A stretch of 63,921 nucleotides of DNA, counting the filler, from Nemertoderma westbladi (taxonomy: Eukaryota > Animalia > Xenacoelomorpha): assembly GCA_032718475.1 (NCBI GenBank). It is 3 parts of 3 records of this genome, joined end to end, with 100 filler letters (N's around TTAATTAATTAA, not from the genome) between each part and the next. Parts side by side here need not be neighbours in the genome. Positions count along the whole stretch, not along the records: positions 28,864 to 50,977 come from JAUCBJ010000905.1; positions 51,078 to 63,921 come from JAUCBJ010005642.1; 1 more part is not named here. The stretch is one strand, 5' to 3'. Positions within the stretch are counted from its first letter, which is position 1; every line of letters begins with the position of its first letter. Below the pieces are notes generated by a model. It was not told the origin of the DNA, searched no databases, and worked only from the letters and a program-made list of their open reading frames with translations. Below, one piece after another: positions 46,255 to 60,257 of the stretch. The translations under genes and the position numbers were made by a program.

Positions 46255-48234
46255 GTTTGATTGTATAGTTGAATGCCTACTACTATAACGACAGTTAAAG
46301 CAAGTCTAGTAATTTAGTAACAACTGTAAGCCTAGTAATGAATTACCGATACCGTTACTCAGTGTAACGTGATATATATACAACTGTACAATATTAGAAT
46401 ACCGGTATACACTTATAGTATATATAATATATATAAGTATTATTACAGACTAGGATTTGTCACAGAATACCGGTATATAGTTTCAGCATAAATTTATATA
46501 AATATATAATAAGCCTACCGTGAATACCGGTATACAGCTTACACTTATAGTATATATAAGTATAATTATAGACTAGAATTAATTACAGAATACCGGTATA
46601 TAATTTCAGCATAAATTTATATAAATAAATATAATAAGCCTATAGTAAATACCGGTATGTCAATTATTTTTATAATAACTGAATTTCTGAATTTTAGGGT
46701 TACTTTACTTTACTTTATTGCTGTTATTAAGCAGTAGTCCAACTGATATTAAGACCTAATTGATGGATAACAGGCCTACTATTTTATAAATCGGTTTGAG
46801 TTGATTTATAATATATATATACCCGTATAATGGGTTTTTGTCAATGTTTGAAATAAATGTTATTATTTCTGGTGAGGAGTCACTACACAGAAGCTGAACG
46901 CTCTCAGTGGAGTGCTACTTGTTGGACACTAAAACAAATAATTCTACTTGACTAAGTTACTTATTACTACAAATTATGTACAATTACTGGGTGAGATTTC
47001 AATCTCTAAATAAACACAAAAAATTACACGTACAAATTTTAGGGTAATTTTACAGGAAATCTACAAACCAGCCTAACAAGGGGTTAGAATTTCTGGTTAT
47101 TACAAACGGACAGGATACTACGGTATTTGAAAATAATTAAATAGTAGTAAATAAATTACGTTGTCCAGATAAGAAAATACCACCGTCTGACGACTTATAG
47201 TCTTTAGCTGTACAGCTCTATAAGTACTACATTATGTACCCCGAAGTGTTCTTACCTAGAAGTTAATTACCGCAGCCAACCAGAGCTAACGTGCCTATTA
47301 ACCACTTTACAACACAAATATACTGCCTACACACTAATTACCTTCGGAAAGTACTGTACACTAAACCCTAAATTAGGTACAAGTACTTATACAACAAATA
47401 ACCAGCAGTTAAAAATACTTGTATAGCTAAAAGAACCACGGTATCTGCTGGAGTGACTAGAGCATAAAATCACCAGTCTTTACCTACGCCAAGCAGCCCT
47501 GATGTAGTACCGGGGTTAATTTAACTATAACGGTATATATAACAAGCACAATTACTGTAGGAATTAACTTGGGGATTTATGTATGTTGCGAATACTCGCA
47601 TAGACTCTGAATAATAAATATTACGCTACCCGTGCAGACTACACAAACAAAATACAAACCAAACGCTGGCAGACTACTATCAAGCCTAAATAAACTACAG
47701 TATATGCAGACTCCGAAATGGTTAGTTAGTATGCGTTCTAACCGAGTAGTACGACTTATTCTTTCGGGGGGGGGGGGGGGGATTTACCTTACAGCACTGG
47801 ATGCCCCCACCTTCCTAACTAGTACTTTATCGGACATACACTCTACACACACTGCAATCTCTTCAGACTTAACAACAGTCAGACAACAATCCAGCCTACA
47901 AATTATTTGTACAATCTGAGCAGGCTTACACGCCTTCTGCTCAATATTACACTTACAAATAAATAAAACAGACAGAAATAAGTAAAATCCCAATAAAAAA
48001 CCAGGTGTCCCTGAAATATCAAGACCTACCGGTATATAATTATCAAAATCGAATAATACTGTTGTACCTGTAAGTACCGGTTCGGGCAGTTGGGCAGTTA
48101 GGCCTACAGCTTACCATTCGACCGGTACTTTCGACTTTATTGCCTACGGTGCAATAAAGTATCTAAAAATCTATTATTGTTCTTACCAGAACAATAGACA
48201 AAATATTTATTGCCTACGTGCAATCAAGAGTTTA

Positions 48235-48245
48235 AAAACTATTAA
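48235..48245 (-). promoter_or_regulatory. Non-tRNA PBS-position sequence, complementary to own LTR 48997-49007
   Basis: Minus-strand ttaatagtttt pairs with minus-strand aaaactattaa. Confidence 0.7.
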
Positions 48246-49434
48246 TGTTCGCGCTTTTGACCTTTAGCAGTTTAACCTGCCAATTTTAATTGTCTTTTTG
48301 TATATCAATTATTTAATGTACTGAAGTTACATCAGCCGAAACCAGCCTGTGCGCGACCATTCACCCACAGTTAAGGGAGATTGGATTCGGATGCTTTGAT
48401 AGGGATTGCAGTGTAGACCTACTGTATTATTCGATTGATCGTTAATATATATTCTCTGACAATATATTTACTTTCGGGGAAATATTAACAGTTCCTTTAG
48501 GACGTGGCGCTTTAAGTATAAAACAGAGTTATGACTTATTCTAATCACAACTGGATGGCTACTGAGTTTCGTAAAAAGCGCATTATTTAGGAGATGCTTT
48601 ATTAACCTTCACTACTTCACACGACTTCACACTACTGCGCACTGATCTGCCGACCGTCACTGAATTTGATCATATATAAGGAGGATCGCAACTGACACAT
48701 GTAGGGATTATGAAATAGCATTCAATTCACACAAAAACCACTATAATGTAAGTCGCAGTTGCTACCGGTAAACCTGTTCCTCTAACCTTTAGTAATCAAG
48801 AAGATTGGGGGTTTTATGATTATTCATCGGTATTCTCCAAATATATCAGCATTATACACCAACATAACACCAATTAATAACAGAATCAAATAATGCGGTG
48901 AACAGTCAGTATGTGTTACTTATGCAGTGTTCCATGTGCAGCAATGCATGAATTGCGGTGTGATGCGGTAGTTTAATCGCGTTGCGTAGTGCCGCGTTAA
49001 TAGTTTTACGTTCTTGTAATTAAAGCCATCTGATGTTTCTGATGTTTAGGTCAAAGTCTGAAACTTCCAACACAGAAGTACAGAAGAATTTCCAAGCAGG
49101 TGTTCTCGCTCAGAAAGATAAACAAAGACCGTAATGCATTGCGCGGTTTTCAGTAGGCCTCTGTACAAGATAAAATGAAAATCGCTCTGATTGGCTGAGC
49201 TGAGCGAGCTGAACAAAGAAGTTCCACATCGACAGTAAATCAGCTGACAGATTTCGTCATCTGAACTACAATCTATTTAGAGTATTAAGCGCATTGCGGG
49301 GGAAATGGCTTGTTATGTCCGCTAAAGCACCTATACTGCGCATTGCGGGGGAATTGGCTTGTTATGTCCGCTAAAACACTTACACAGTAAATTGCGGACA
49401 AAAATGACTCGTTATATCCGCAAAAGCTTTTACA
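48246..49434 (-). repeat. 5' LTR of element B
   Basis: Minus strand reads TGTAAAAGC...GCGCGAACA; direct repeat of 37903-39104. Confidence 0.95.
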
Positions 49435-49640
49435 CTGAATTCAACCCAAACTGCCAAACGGCCCTTTTCAGGGCCAACTACTGTACGACCTGACTTAACC
49501 AACCATTATTAACCAACCAACATATGAAAAAAACAACCGTATCGCAACAGCGTTATTAGTTTGTAATATTTTTTTACAATAAGATACACCCTCAGTCGGG
49601 GTAAATATTAATTATAATATTGGAAATATGTATGTACGGT

Positions 49641-49840
49641 AGTGCTGCGAACTGAAACTGAAACCGAACTGGAACTGAAATCGAACTGAAATTGTTTTTG
49701 GCATTTTTTCTGAACTGGAACTGAAACTGGAACTTAAACTTTAATTTTTTTTAAACTGAAACTGAAACTAGAACTGAAACGTGATATATTGAAATACTGG
49801 AACTAGAACTAGAACTGAATTCCTGAAAATTGAAAACTGG
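49641..49840. repeat. (aactga/aactgg)n array, probably the end of an hAT-type MITE
   Basis: 6-bp repeats following tagtgctgcg. Confidence 0.6.
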
Positions 49841-50708
49841 AAGTAATAAATTGAAAATAAATGTAAACATAAATTACAATATTCCCCCCCCCCCCCCCCC
49901 CCCCCCAGGGAATAAAAAAACAAAAGATATGTCACTTAGGCCTATATCAAAACCAGTTTTTGTTGATTTGGAAACTACATGGGCACGAGAGATTCTCCTT
50001 CTCCAGTTGAAACTTTTGCCTTCTTTACGGTTGTTAAATAATCATCTAAAGTTTGAGCTTGAAGTTTGGATTTTTTTACTGCCTCTGCTTCTTTTATACT
50101 TAATATGTCTTTCTCAGCCGATTAAAATTTCGGTAGTATATATTAGTAGTATACTGTATACCAACTATCGGTAGTATATACATATTCCTGGTATTTGGTC
50201 CGGTCTTAAGCAATCAGTTGGTTGTAAGTCAATGATTGTACTGTAATGGACCAAATACTTGTCGTGTTTCAATACGGCTTCATTAATTGATTTCATTCAT
50301 TGGTGTGTTGAGGTAATCAGATGTGGTATTGGCAGATGAAGACCAAACAGCTGGCCTTTAAGTACTGTAGGTACAGTTCATCTGGCACTAGCTAGTCATG
50401 TTCAGTACTACTGTACTAATTTTTAGCCGGATCAAATCATTAATTACAGGTCCTGAGAGTTAGAATATGTGGACGAGATTAATTACAGTAAGTGTACAAG
50501 CAGGTAGTCTTTGCTGTAAGGTCAGAAGTTTTAATAACATTGCCACCCCCAGACCCCCCGAAAAAGTATTTGGTCCGCGGACCTAATACCAGTATATGGC
50601 CTTTTTTTAATCCCACGGGCACGGGAGCACAGTTACATGAAACCCTCATGGCCACCCCTAGGAAGAAACCTACACATCTCAGCTATATATTAAACTTTTG
50701 AAACCCAT

Positions 50709-50933
50709 CTATTACTAGGATCGGCATGCTGCATTGCAGCTGCATTTTTAAGAATGCTGTGCCGGCTTATCGACAAAATTGCACCGCCACAACTCCCTAT
50801 CACCCATGACATTTGCTAGATCATCCGCATCTTCAAGGCCAGTGTCCTTTGAGATGCGTCTCAAGAAAGTCATGGGCTGTCCACCATGCTTATCCACTCC
50901 ATGAGGCTGCCAAAGTACAAGATTATGCACTGG
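50709..50933 (-). mobile_element. Short 3' fragment of the RTE LINE
   Basis: Reverse complement of ~8594-8818, including the tail. Confidence 0.9.
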
Positions 50934-50977
50934 AATTTTCCAATTATGTTAACATAAATACTGATGTACAGTCTGAC

Positions 50978-51077
50978 NNNNNNNNNNNNNNNNNNNNNNN
51001 NNNNNNNNNNNNNNNNNNNNNTTAATTAATTAANNNNNNNNNNNNNNNNNNNNNNNNNNNNNNNNNNNNNNNNNNNN
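50978..51077. other. Artificial contig linker
   Basis: N44-TTAATTAATTAA-N44. Confidence 0.97.
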
Positions 51078-52456
51078 AGCTTATATTGAATACAGGTATT
51101 GTTGGAACGAAGAATTTGTGTGCCATAGTACTGATATGACCCAGCAACGAATTCATCGTTCACAACAATATTATTATCGATATCCTTGAAGGCTAATCCT
51201 AAATCTAAGAGTGACTCCAGGAAGGTGTCAGAGTAGAGGTTTTCTTTTGGGACAAAAATTTTGATTTTCCTAACTCCTGATATTTAGTGTATCAGCCAAT
51301 TGGTTATCCATTTTTATCAGTGCGTTTTTTACACCACGCCCCCACACTGTTGCAGTTATGTGTTTGTAAGTTTTGTAAGTGGTCCTAAAATTTATATTTA
51401 TCCTGTACATCTCATACTAGCCCCTCTGTAATCAGATTGTCGAAATCAGTCCCAAAACAGGCGTGAAACAAACTTTTCGATTGCCAACAAATTCTGCAGA
51501 GGGATGTTTTGGTGTCCTCTTATGCAGTGTGATGCCCATGTGTGTGTACGTGAGGTTTATTGCTTATATATTTGAGGGTCAGTGGTTTAAAACACGCCGT
51601 TGAAAAGATAAGGATTTAAGTTCTTCAAGTGGATCAAGGCATGATTCCGGTTCAGGTGAAACCTCCATAATAACATATTCAAGATTGAGAACTTCTGATA
51701 GCCCCCTTCATTCTATTGGTTATTATTACTACTAGTTATACTACTTTTTAATTTTTAATTTTAATATGCTCTCCCAATGAATAAAATCTATAAAAATCAA
51801 GGGAGCATCCATTTTACCCACTGATTAGCTTATCTTTATACAGTTTGTCATGAATCAATATCAGGTGTTCTTGGTAACATTTAAGTGAGCTAAATAAAGA
51901 CGAGCAGATATAGCATTCAATCACAGCCTAACACATAAGTACACAGCCAACCAATAACTAAACTAATGATAAAAAGTATATATATAATAAAATGATACTG
52001 CCTAAAAATTAAAATATATTGCCTGGATCACTATCCTTAAAAGTATGGTATATTCAATCTATATGCAATAATGATGCCATACTTTTACCAAAATAATTGA
52101 GCTGCAGATAGGAGATAAATAAGATTTAAATAAGAAAAATAGGGATAAATAAGATATAAAATAAGAAAAATACAAAGTCAGAAATATAATATCAAGTTAT
52201 TCAGAGTCGCAACTTAAATCTCGCTACTCCCTGTTATTATGAATAATATTAGACATATTTTTTATTAATTGTTATGCTGTTATGTTATAAAATTTGTGTG
52301 ATTTATTTGATTAAAGGAAATTGATAGAAAAAATAACCGAAGAAAACCTGGAGGTATCTCCACCGACGCCCACGACCTCGTACTAAAAATATTAATCCTT
52401 GGATTGTGGCCGTTAATATTTATTCGGTCCATGTTTATGGTGTAGGTATGCTTAAT

Positions 52457-52664
52457 AATCAATTTGGTGCACACCACTTGTTTGTTTTTTTAAATAGCGC
52501 ATTTAGAGGAAAAGGAACAGGTTACAGAGGCGGGCTTTTCTAAACAAAACAATAAACGATCACTTTTCCGTTTGAGGGAATCCATATCGTCAGACAGTCA
52601 GTAGTCACTATATGCTCTATAACCAAAAAAATCGGGCAGTCAAGTGGTGTGCACCAAGTTGATT
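52457..52664. mobile_element. Small inverted-repeat element
   Basis: aatcaatttggtgcacaccacttg / caagtggtgtgcaccaagttgatt. Confidence 0.65.
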
Positions 52665-53494
52665 TGTGCCGGGTATTAGATTAGTATTAGGATTACAGTA
52701 TTAGCAATTACAGAATTAATTATACTACTAAGCACAACAAATCACACCAAACAGCCAAATCACAAACCAAATCACACACCTAATCACAAACCAAATCATA
52801 AAAAATAACCCCAAACAAAACCAATTAATTGTCTGGGTGTGACGACCCAACGATTCTAATATCATGTACGTGGTTAACAGTACAAATAGGTCGGACCGGT
52901 AGAGGTATAATATAAACTTATTGAATTATAAACTGAGTTTGATTTAATATGATACAGCGTTCCGTGTATATAGAAAATTGTAAACAATATTGATGGTGGA
53001 GACAGTTGTTAATTCAGTGTGGGTGGTTACGGGGTACATGTGATAATTAGTACCATAATGGATATTGGTTTATAAATGTGCTGCAATGCAGTTGTTTCTT
53101 GAAGGCTGTTATTAGAACTACCTTCCAATCGAATAATACCATTTTTTTTTTTTATTGGTAATAATTCCCTGGGGAGCATCCCCAACCCAAGCCTTCTCAT
53201 TGGTCGTTACATTGAGTTATTCTAACTGTAGGGTACAGTAATATTCCTCTGGCAGTTCTGTTGGCGGGTTGTGATTGGCTTACTGAATGTAATTGGATCT
53301 AGCTTCATTCAGTTCATGAGCTATATAATTAAATATTCAGTTGCCATACGTCATTCATTATTGAATTTTGTTATCTTGCAAATATTTGGCAAATTATAGA
53401 TAATTATTTGCGTATTTTTTCTCCGTATTAACAATAAAACTTCAAAGGTAAGAAAGGCCCGTATCATAATATCTGGGGGGGGGGGGGGGGCAGA

Positions 53495-53940
53495 GGGGTT
53501 AGAGATTTGGTCTATTTTGTCCAATGCTGCATGTGCAGTTGGATTCATCGAAAGACCAATTCCACCATTGCCACTATCATGTGCTGAATGCGAGGGTGAG
53601 TCGCCAACCGCCCCCCATGTCCTTAATCAGAACCTCATCAGTCTGTCCAGTCTGCATTCGGTGCTCTTGGAACACCAACTGCACTAAGAGAAAGCTTATC
53701 TGCCAAGGCAGTCAGCTCACCTTGTCGCATTGGGGACCCGATTGTTAGGGTGTTTACTGAGGCTAGTCTAGTGACTTGCCTCAGATTCACCAATGGCTTT
53801 GTTGGTCGGGGTGGAACATGAGAGTAGCCTCCAACTCCAGAATCCCTCTCCCCCTCACAATCTGGCCTCTCTGGTGACCCAGGGTTTGGGCCAGAAAGGA
53901 AATCAGTAAAGGGACTCACAAAATTGTTGGCAGCAGTCAT
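53495..53940 (-). pseudogene. RTE LINE 5' fragment: APE endonuclease N-terminus, frameshifted
   Basis: RLASVNTLTI...ELTALADKLSLSAVGV/QEHR...SGNGGIGLSMNP. Confidence 0.75.
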
Positions 53941-54420
53941 CCCACTCCATACCACATCCCAAAAAAATAGCAGGTGAATGGTCATCAATTATTGTCAAAC
54001 TTTCACTAATTATTAGATTATGTTTGCATAAAAAACAAACATTAAGAAAATTTGGTTAGTATAATTATAAGAAAATTTATAATTAAAAGTATTAAAAGTA
54101 AAAAATTTATAATTAAAAGAAAATTATAGGGAAGAGAGGGTTTCCGAAAGAATTACTTTTCAGTAGCAGTTAGAAACATGAATTAATATAATATAATAGT
54201 AATAATAATCATAAAATATGTATTTAATTTCTTCAAACTTACTTCTAAATAAATTGAAGTGATAAAATGTGTCCTTCTTTATGATGGATGTTGTTATATG
54301 GAACCTGACAGGTTCTACCTGCTCCGTAGCTGCATCTATTACAGCAGACTGAGCCCATCCAGATATCACCCAACCACCGCGATATCTTTTCAGTTCATTA
54401 CGGATGTGATTCCGTGCCTC

Positions 54421-54947
54421 ATCATGGAAAGGCATGGGCAGCCTTAAATAGGCTTTCCAGGATTTGGAAGTCACCGAGAATTAATCGGAAACTAAAGGTC
54501 CGATTATTATTTAGAGCAGCAGTAGTTCCAGTACTCCTCTATGGGAGTCCATGCTGTGCTCTAACTGCTGAGGACACCAAAACTCTGGATGGCACTTTCA
54601 CAAGAATGCTACGCCGGGTTCATTGTATCAAGTAAAATGCACACATCTCCAACCAGACACTTTATAACATTTGAGGTGTCTCATTGGTTCTCCCAAGCTT
54701 GACACTAGAACAAAATCACCTCCGCTTTGCAGGACATTGCTTTCGCCGTGAGCACCAACCAGTGCATAATCTTGTACTTTGGCAGTCTCATGGAGTGAAT
54801 AAGCATGGTGGACAGCCCATGACTTTCTTGAGACGCATCTTAAAGGACACTGGCCTTGAAGATGCGGATGATCTAGCAAATGTCATGGGTGATAGGGAGT
54901 TGTGGCGGTGCAATTTTGTCGATAAGCCGGCACAGCATTCTTAAAAA
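54421..54947 (+). mobile_element. RTE LINE 3' fragment lacking the tail
   Basis: Near-identical to 8265-8783, with stops and frameshifts. Confidence 0.9.
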
Positions 54948-56390
54948 CATTACATAAGGCTTCATTATAGGTATCTGTACGCACTGATATGGGATTTGCG
55001 TCCAGTTTCTCACCCTCTCCAATCTCAACAAGATACTAAAATATATGCCCGAGACCAATCTGATTGTGTGTATATTTACTTTGGAGTTAATGTTAATCTT
55101 TATTTGATATATATACCAAATCTGTTACTTGAAGCTTTTAGCTATTTTCTTATAATTGAGGAAGTCAAATAGGAATCTTATGTTCTGGTAAGTAAGACTT
55201 ACCGATTCTTGCACAACGTTGCGGCCTTTGTTGGCATTACCCCAACGATTGAATCAAACGTATTTCCCATTAAATGCTTTTATTTCTATTTCTATTTCTA
55301 ACACTCGAGACTCCACAAACTCTTACCCGTAGCCACTGTTACGTATGGGGTGGGTACACTGCTAGTAGAGCTACTGCTTAATGGCGTCATTTTTGGTTGT
55401 GGCAGTTTCACAGATTCCATCGACAAATTTTTTGAAATATTAAGTGTAAAAATAATCAATAACATTGCGCTAAAACAATGCACGAAAAAATATGAAATAA
55501 TTAATTAACCCGAATGATGAAATAAAGTATTTTACGACGTATTTATAATATAATGATGGGCTATCGGGATAACAGGTATATTTTAACCACTCAACCGGTT
55601 TAATCGCTATTGTCCTGAGATATTTTTTTTTTTAAAAACTTCCTAAATTTCAATGGAAATATTTATTTACGCTTAAATTGGTTGACGTAAGTGGTAACAG
55701 CTTTGCGGTGGCGATTAATGCGACCGATATAAATTTCTATAGACACACCCCCGAATTTCTACAGAATATTCCTCACGGTTAAATTGATTGACGTCAACTG
55801 TATTTGGCACGTTCCACGATAACGTCAACCAAGGGCTCATTTCTAAAAATTAGGTATGGTTGGCTTTTGTTAACTTTTACTAGATCGAAATTTATCGCAG
55901 AATACGAATCTGAAACTATAAATTTCAAATATATAAATTTTAGTATCGTAAATTGCTCTGGTAGCTGGTGCGTTAAAATTTAAACTTTTTTTTTAAAATT
56001 AGAGACATTTTGTTTTTTGAAAATTTGATACAATGCATACAGTTTTGCTATTTTCAGCCTTTTCAGATGGAATATATACATTTTGGGAATGCAATGCCAC
56101 GTTGTTCATGATCTAAAACGAGTTGACTGACTAATACTTTTGATTTTTGTATGAGGCAATTTGAATGTCACGTACTTTACCAAAAATATGTATTATTTTA
56201 TTTTATAAAGTCAAATTTAGCTCTAAGGTAACTAAAAGTGGAATCTACAATATTAAAGTATATTACATGTTTTGCGTTGAACATTTCTCGAAAATTCTGT
56301 GCTTTTGACACATTTACAATGGTAAAGTACGTGACATAAAAATGTTTTTTCGTAAAGAACATGACATAAAAATATTTTTTTGAAAAGTAG

Positions 56391-59100
56391 GTGACAGTTG
56401 TATGGACTATAACTGACCACTTAAGCAGTGCCAGCGCATCACACACTGTGAATCCTGCCCATCAGGCCACCTGGACTACTTCTGAAAGAATAGCAATATT
56501 TCACAGTAATAGATGTTGTGGGTTGTCTCGCCCGAATTACACCTACCACAGTTACGCACTATCCTGCCCGATGTGCTCTGATGATTTTGAAAACTTTTTT
56601 TCATATATCGAACATAGTTGCCATCAAAACCATTACAATTCCCGCAAACGCAAACATAACCAAAAACAATCAGAACCGACATTTCAACCGGATCTCAACG
56701 TTGGTTCGCCTGTAAGCATTACAAACAGCTCAGATACACCCAACGAAGGTTTTCATCTCTCAAAAACATGTCACGAATCTCGCATTCAGGAATTTACCCA
56801 TAATGTGCCATCTAATGAGATGTATCCAGATGCGCCGAATTATTTAAATTATATGGGGATATATGCTTCACGCACTTTTAACACGACTGCATCGGCTTTT
56901 ATTGATATGTTTTATAAAGTGTGTGTGATTGCTTCGGTGATAATGGAACGTGATGATGCTAATTATACTTTACAAGATGAATTCCATTTTACTTCGATTG
57001 GTACAGATAATTATATTGAAAATAGCGCGGATTTTGACGAATGGTACTACACAGTCATTTCCCATATCGGTGAAAAAATATCGCAATTTATTAGACAGGG
57101 TAGCGGTTGGAAACTTGTAACTGTATCGTGCATCAAACTTACTATTGCGTCATACTTGCGATTGGTATATCGTTTTGGACATAGTGGCGATGCCAACCAA
57201 TCAATCCCAACAAAATTAAAAAATAAACATTGTATAATAAATGTGCCGTGTAATGAAGGTGAATGTTTTAAGTGGGCGGTCCTGACATCAAAATTTTCAA
57301 AACATATATCGGATGATCACACACGTTTCACGATCACACACGATCATGTTTCACGCCAAAGTTCTTATAATCAGTATTTAGGGTATTTTAATTTAAGCGA
57401 ATTAGATTCTACCCTATCATGGAAACTAAATATTCTAAATTTTGAAAAAAATAATCCAAATTATTTAATAAATTTATTGTATTTTGATAGAAGTAGCAAG
57501 AAAATTTCCTTTCTACGACAACCGAGCGCTAAAAAAGCCGAAGGTAAAAGATTGCTAAATTTATTGCTTATTGAATGTCAAAATTTAACCTCAACAAATC
57601 ACATCGTCGGGGTTTCCAACTTAAATAGATTATTTAATGGTCGCGGGGAAAGCAATAGCGACACTCATTGTCTTCTTTGTGAGCGGTGTATTCGGGGGTT
57701 CTACGGTCCAAATGCGCTAGAATGCCATAGATTGGGGTGTTGGCAAGGTGGACGTCAAATAGAGGAGATGCCATCTAAAGTGAATTTACGCTTTACTAAT
57801 TACTATAAGTCTGTGAGTACACCTTTTATAGTATATACAGATTTCGAAGTGGTACTAGCCCCAACAAATAATGTAAAAAAATATTATATTGCCGAACATC
57901 TCCCGTCGGCCGCTTCATATTTGATTGTCCCCAATAGCAAATTAATTAACCCACCAAATTATTTTTTGTCTACATTTAGACAAAATATTGATAATAACTC
58001 AGTACAGAATTTTATCGATAGTTATGAATGGTCTACAACACACACCACCCCAAACACCTGGATCACACACAATACCAAGCTTATATGCGTACCACAAATT
58101 GCTTTAATTGTAAATCATTTTTTCGGGAAGATATAAATCCAAGTGTAATGCATCACAACCATTACAACAGGGCTTTCATTGGTGCGGCATGTATTTCCTG
58201 TAATAAACGTCACCTATTCCCAGTTGTCTGTCATAATTTTTTTTTATGATTCACATTTAATTTTACAAAAAGGGTTTGCCGGTAGTAAATATAAAAACTG
58301 GAACATTGAAACCATTGCAAAAAATACTGAAAGATATATCTCACTTCGCATAGATATTCCAATGTCAGAAGTACTTAGCGTGCTCGGTTATGCTATTCCG
58401 GAAAAGGACTTAAGAGGGCTCCCAACCAGCAAATCAATAACTATACAGTTTATTGATTCATTTGCATTTATGGGATTTTCCCTTTCTGCTTTGGCTGGGT
58501 TTTTGACAAAAGATGTGTCAGATTTAACAACCGTTATCCCGCACACTGTGAAGCAAATGAGAAAATTATATCCAAATATTACCAACAAAATTTTACGTCG
58601 TAAGTCAGTTTTTCCTTACGAATATGTCGATTCCTTAATTGGGGGATACTAAATTACCGCATCCAAAAGAGTTTTACAGTGAATTAACATTATCATCTAT
58701 TAGCCCTGAAGAATATACATTTGCACATCTTTCGTGGGAACAATTTGAATGTGAGACACCTTTTGATTATTTGGAAGCTTACTTACATCTTGAAGTGTTG
58801 CTGTTAGCTGATATTTTTGAAAATTTCCGTGCTTATTGTACTAAACATTATTCGCTTGAGGTCTCGAACTATTACACGATGGTGGGAGTTAGTTGGGACG
58901 TGGCTTTGAGATTTTCCAAGTCACATATTCGTCTACTTGCAGACCATGAAATGTATTTAACATTCGAAAATTCCATTAGGGGTGGAGTTTCTTACACCAA
59001 CCTTCATATGGCAAATGCGAATATACCAGGCACAGAAACATACGACCCTAATAAACCTGAAGCTCATTTATATAATTTAGATTTCAACAGTTTATATAGT
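56391..59100 (+). pseudogene. Polinton/Maverick-type protein-primed DNA polymerase B, frameshifted and truncated
   Basis: GSGWKL, IINVPCNEGECFKWAV, PFIVYTDFE, HHNH...GAACISCN (EndoVII-like), YDSHLI, FIDSFAFM, RKSVFPYEYVDS, FYSEL, VLLLADIFENFR, SIRGGVS, LDFNSLY, spread over ORFs 56391, 58028, 58179 and 58639. Confidence 0.9.
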
Positions 59101-59159
59101 AAAAATATTATAGTAAAAATAAATATAGTAAAAATATATATTAAAAATTCTAGGAATTG

Positions 59160-59520
59160 GGATGAGGGAAAATAAATTAAACTTTAGCGAGATCGATTCT
59201 CGAAAAAAGGTCAACGAACTGGCCGCTCTGACTAAGGACGGACCCTGGACCTACGTTATTACATTGACTTGTAATGACAGTGAGACACCCGGTGTGTCGT
59301 ATCAGTACGCTGCTATGGCTAACGATTTCTTCATCCTAACAATACCTCGGCTCTTTGTGTTAATACGCGCCTGTACAAACGTCCTTACTAAGCTTACTGA
59401 ACGTTGGTTGTTACATCTGCAACAACGGCCTCAAAAATAAATGTAGGATGCGTAACGTGGTATTCCAGATCGCCTGCAACCTGACCAATCACCCCTTTCA
59501 ATTGATGGAAAGGAGCAGGT
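59160..59520 (+). pseudogene. Possible decayed Helitron-like Rep fragment
   Basis: GPWTYVITLTCND resembles Helitron Rep motif 1 (PxxFxTxTCN); downstream motifs are degenerate. Confidence 0.35.
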
Positions 59521-60187
59521 ATATTTTTTCTACCAAAATGTACCCTTTGCCTTACATTGAGGTACTGAGTTTATGGGAAGACATCAATCAGGCACCGATC
59601 TCGCCAGTAGTAGTTTGTGTACTTTGGTATCTATTATTTCGGCCCAATCATTGGGATTTTACAGTAGATATTGTACAGCAGTCACTGGATTCTACAATGA
59701 AAATATTTACATCTTGAAATATTGTGTGTATGATAATTTATAATAGTTAGAATGTTGTTATTGCTTCGATACAGTATAGTATACCATCCATCTGTTGCAA
59801 TATACAGCAGAGCTGCTTGCCGGCTATCATGCATTATAGTATACAGTAAATACATAATGAGGCATTCTGCTGTTGTAATGTCTGACAAAGACTCCATAAC
59901 TTCGCTTGTGGTTTGGGCTGTAATATCTCTATTTAACCCCACTTTTACAACACTGCACTTTAGGTTCATTACTTAGTGTTTTGACTATCCCGTTCTGATG
60001 GTTCCATTAACAATATTGATTTTATCTTTACATTAATATAATTGTGTAATGAAAGGATATCCTCTGTAAGTGGAAGTTCATCAACTTTATTAAAATGGGA
60101 TTTCTTCACTCTATACAAAGAAGAAGATGAGATTTTGACATGCCACTTGTACAGTTACATGAAGTTGTTTACCAGTGCTTGAATTTC

Positions 60188-60190
<3 letters not shown>

Positions 60191-60253
<63 letters not shown>
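60191..60253. repeat. (GA)n microsatellite
   Basis: Directly visible. Confidence 0.98.

Positions 60254-60257
<4 letters not shown>

Larger units (their letters stand above)
37903..49434 (-). mobile_element. BEL/Pao LTR retrotransposon B: both ends intact, internally deleted, non-autonomous
   Basis: Two ~1.2-kb TG...CA direct repeats; 5-bp TSD CTGAA (37898-37902, 49435-49439); short purine tract gggagcag before the 3' LTR; gag, protease and RNase H remnants. Confidence 0.95.
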
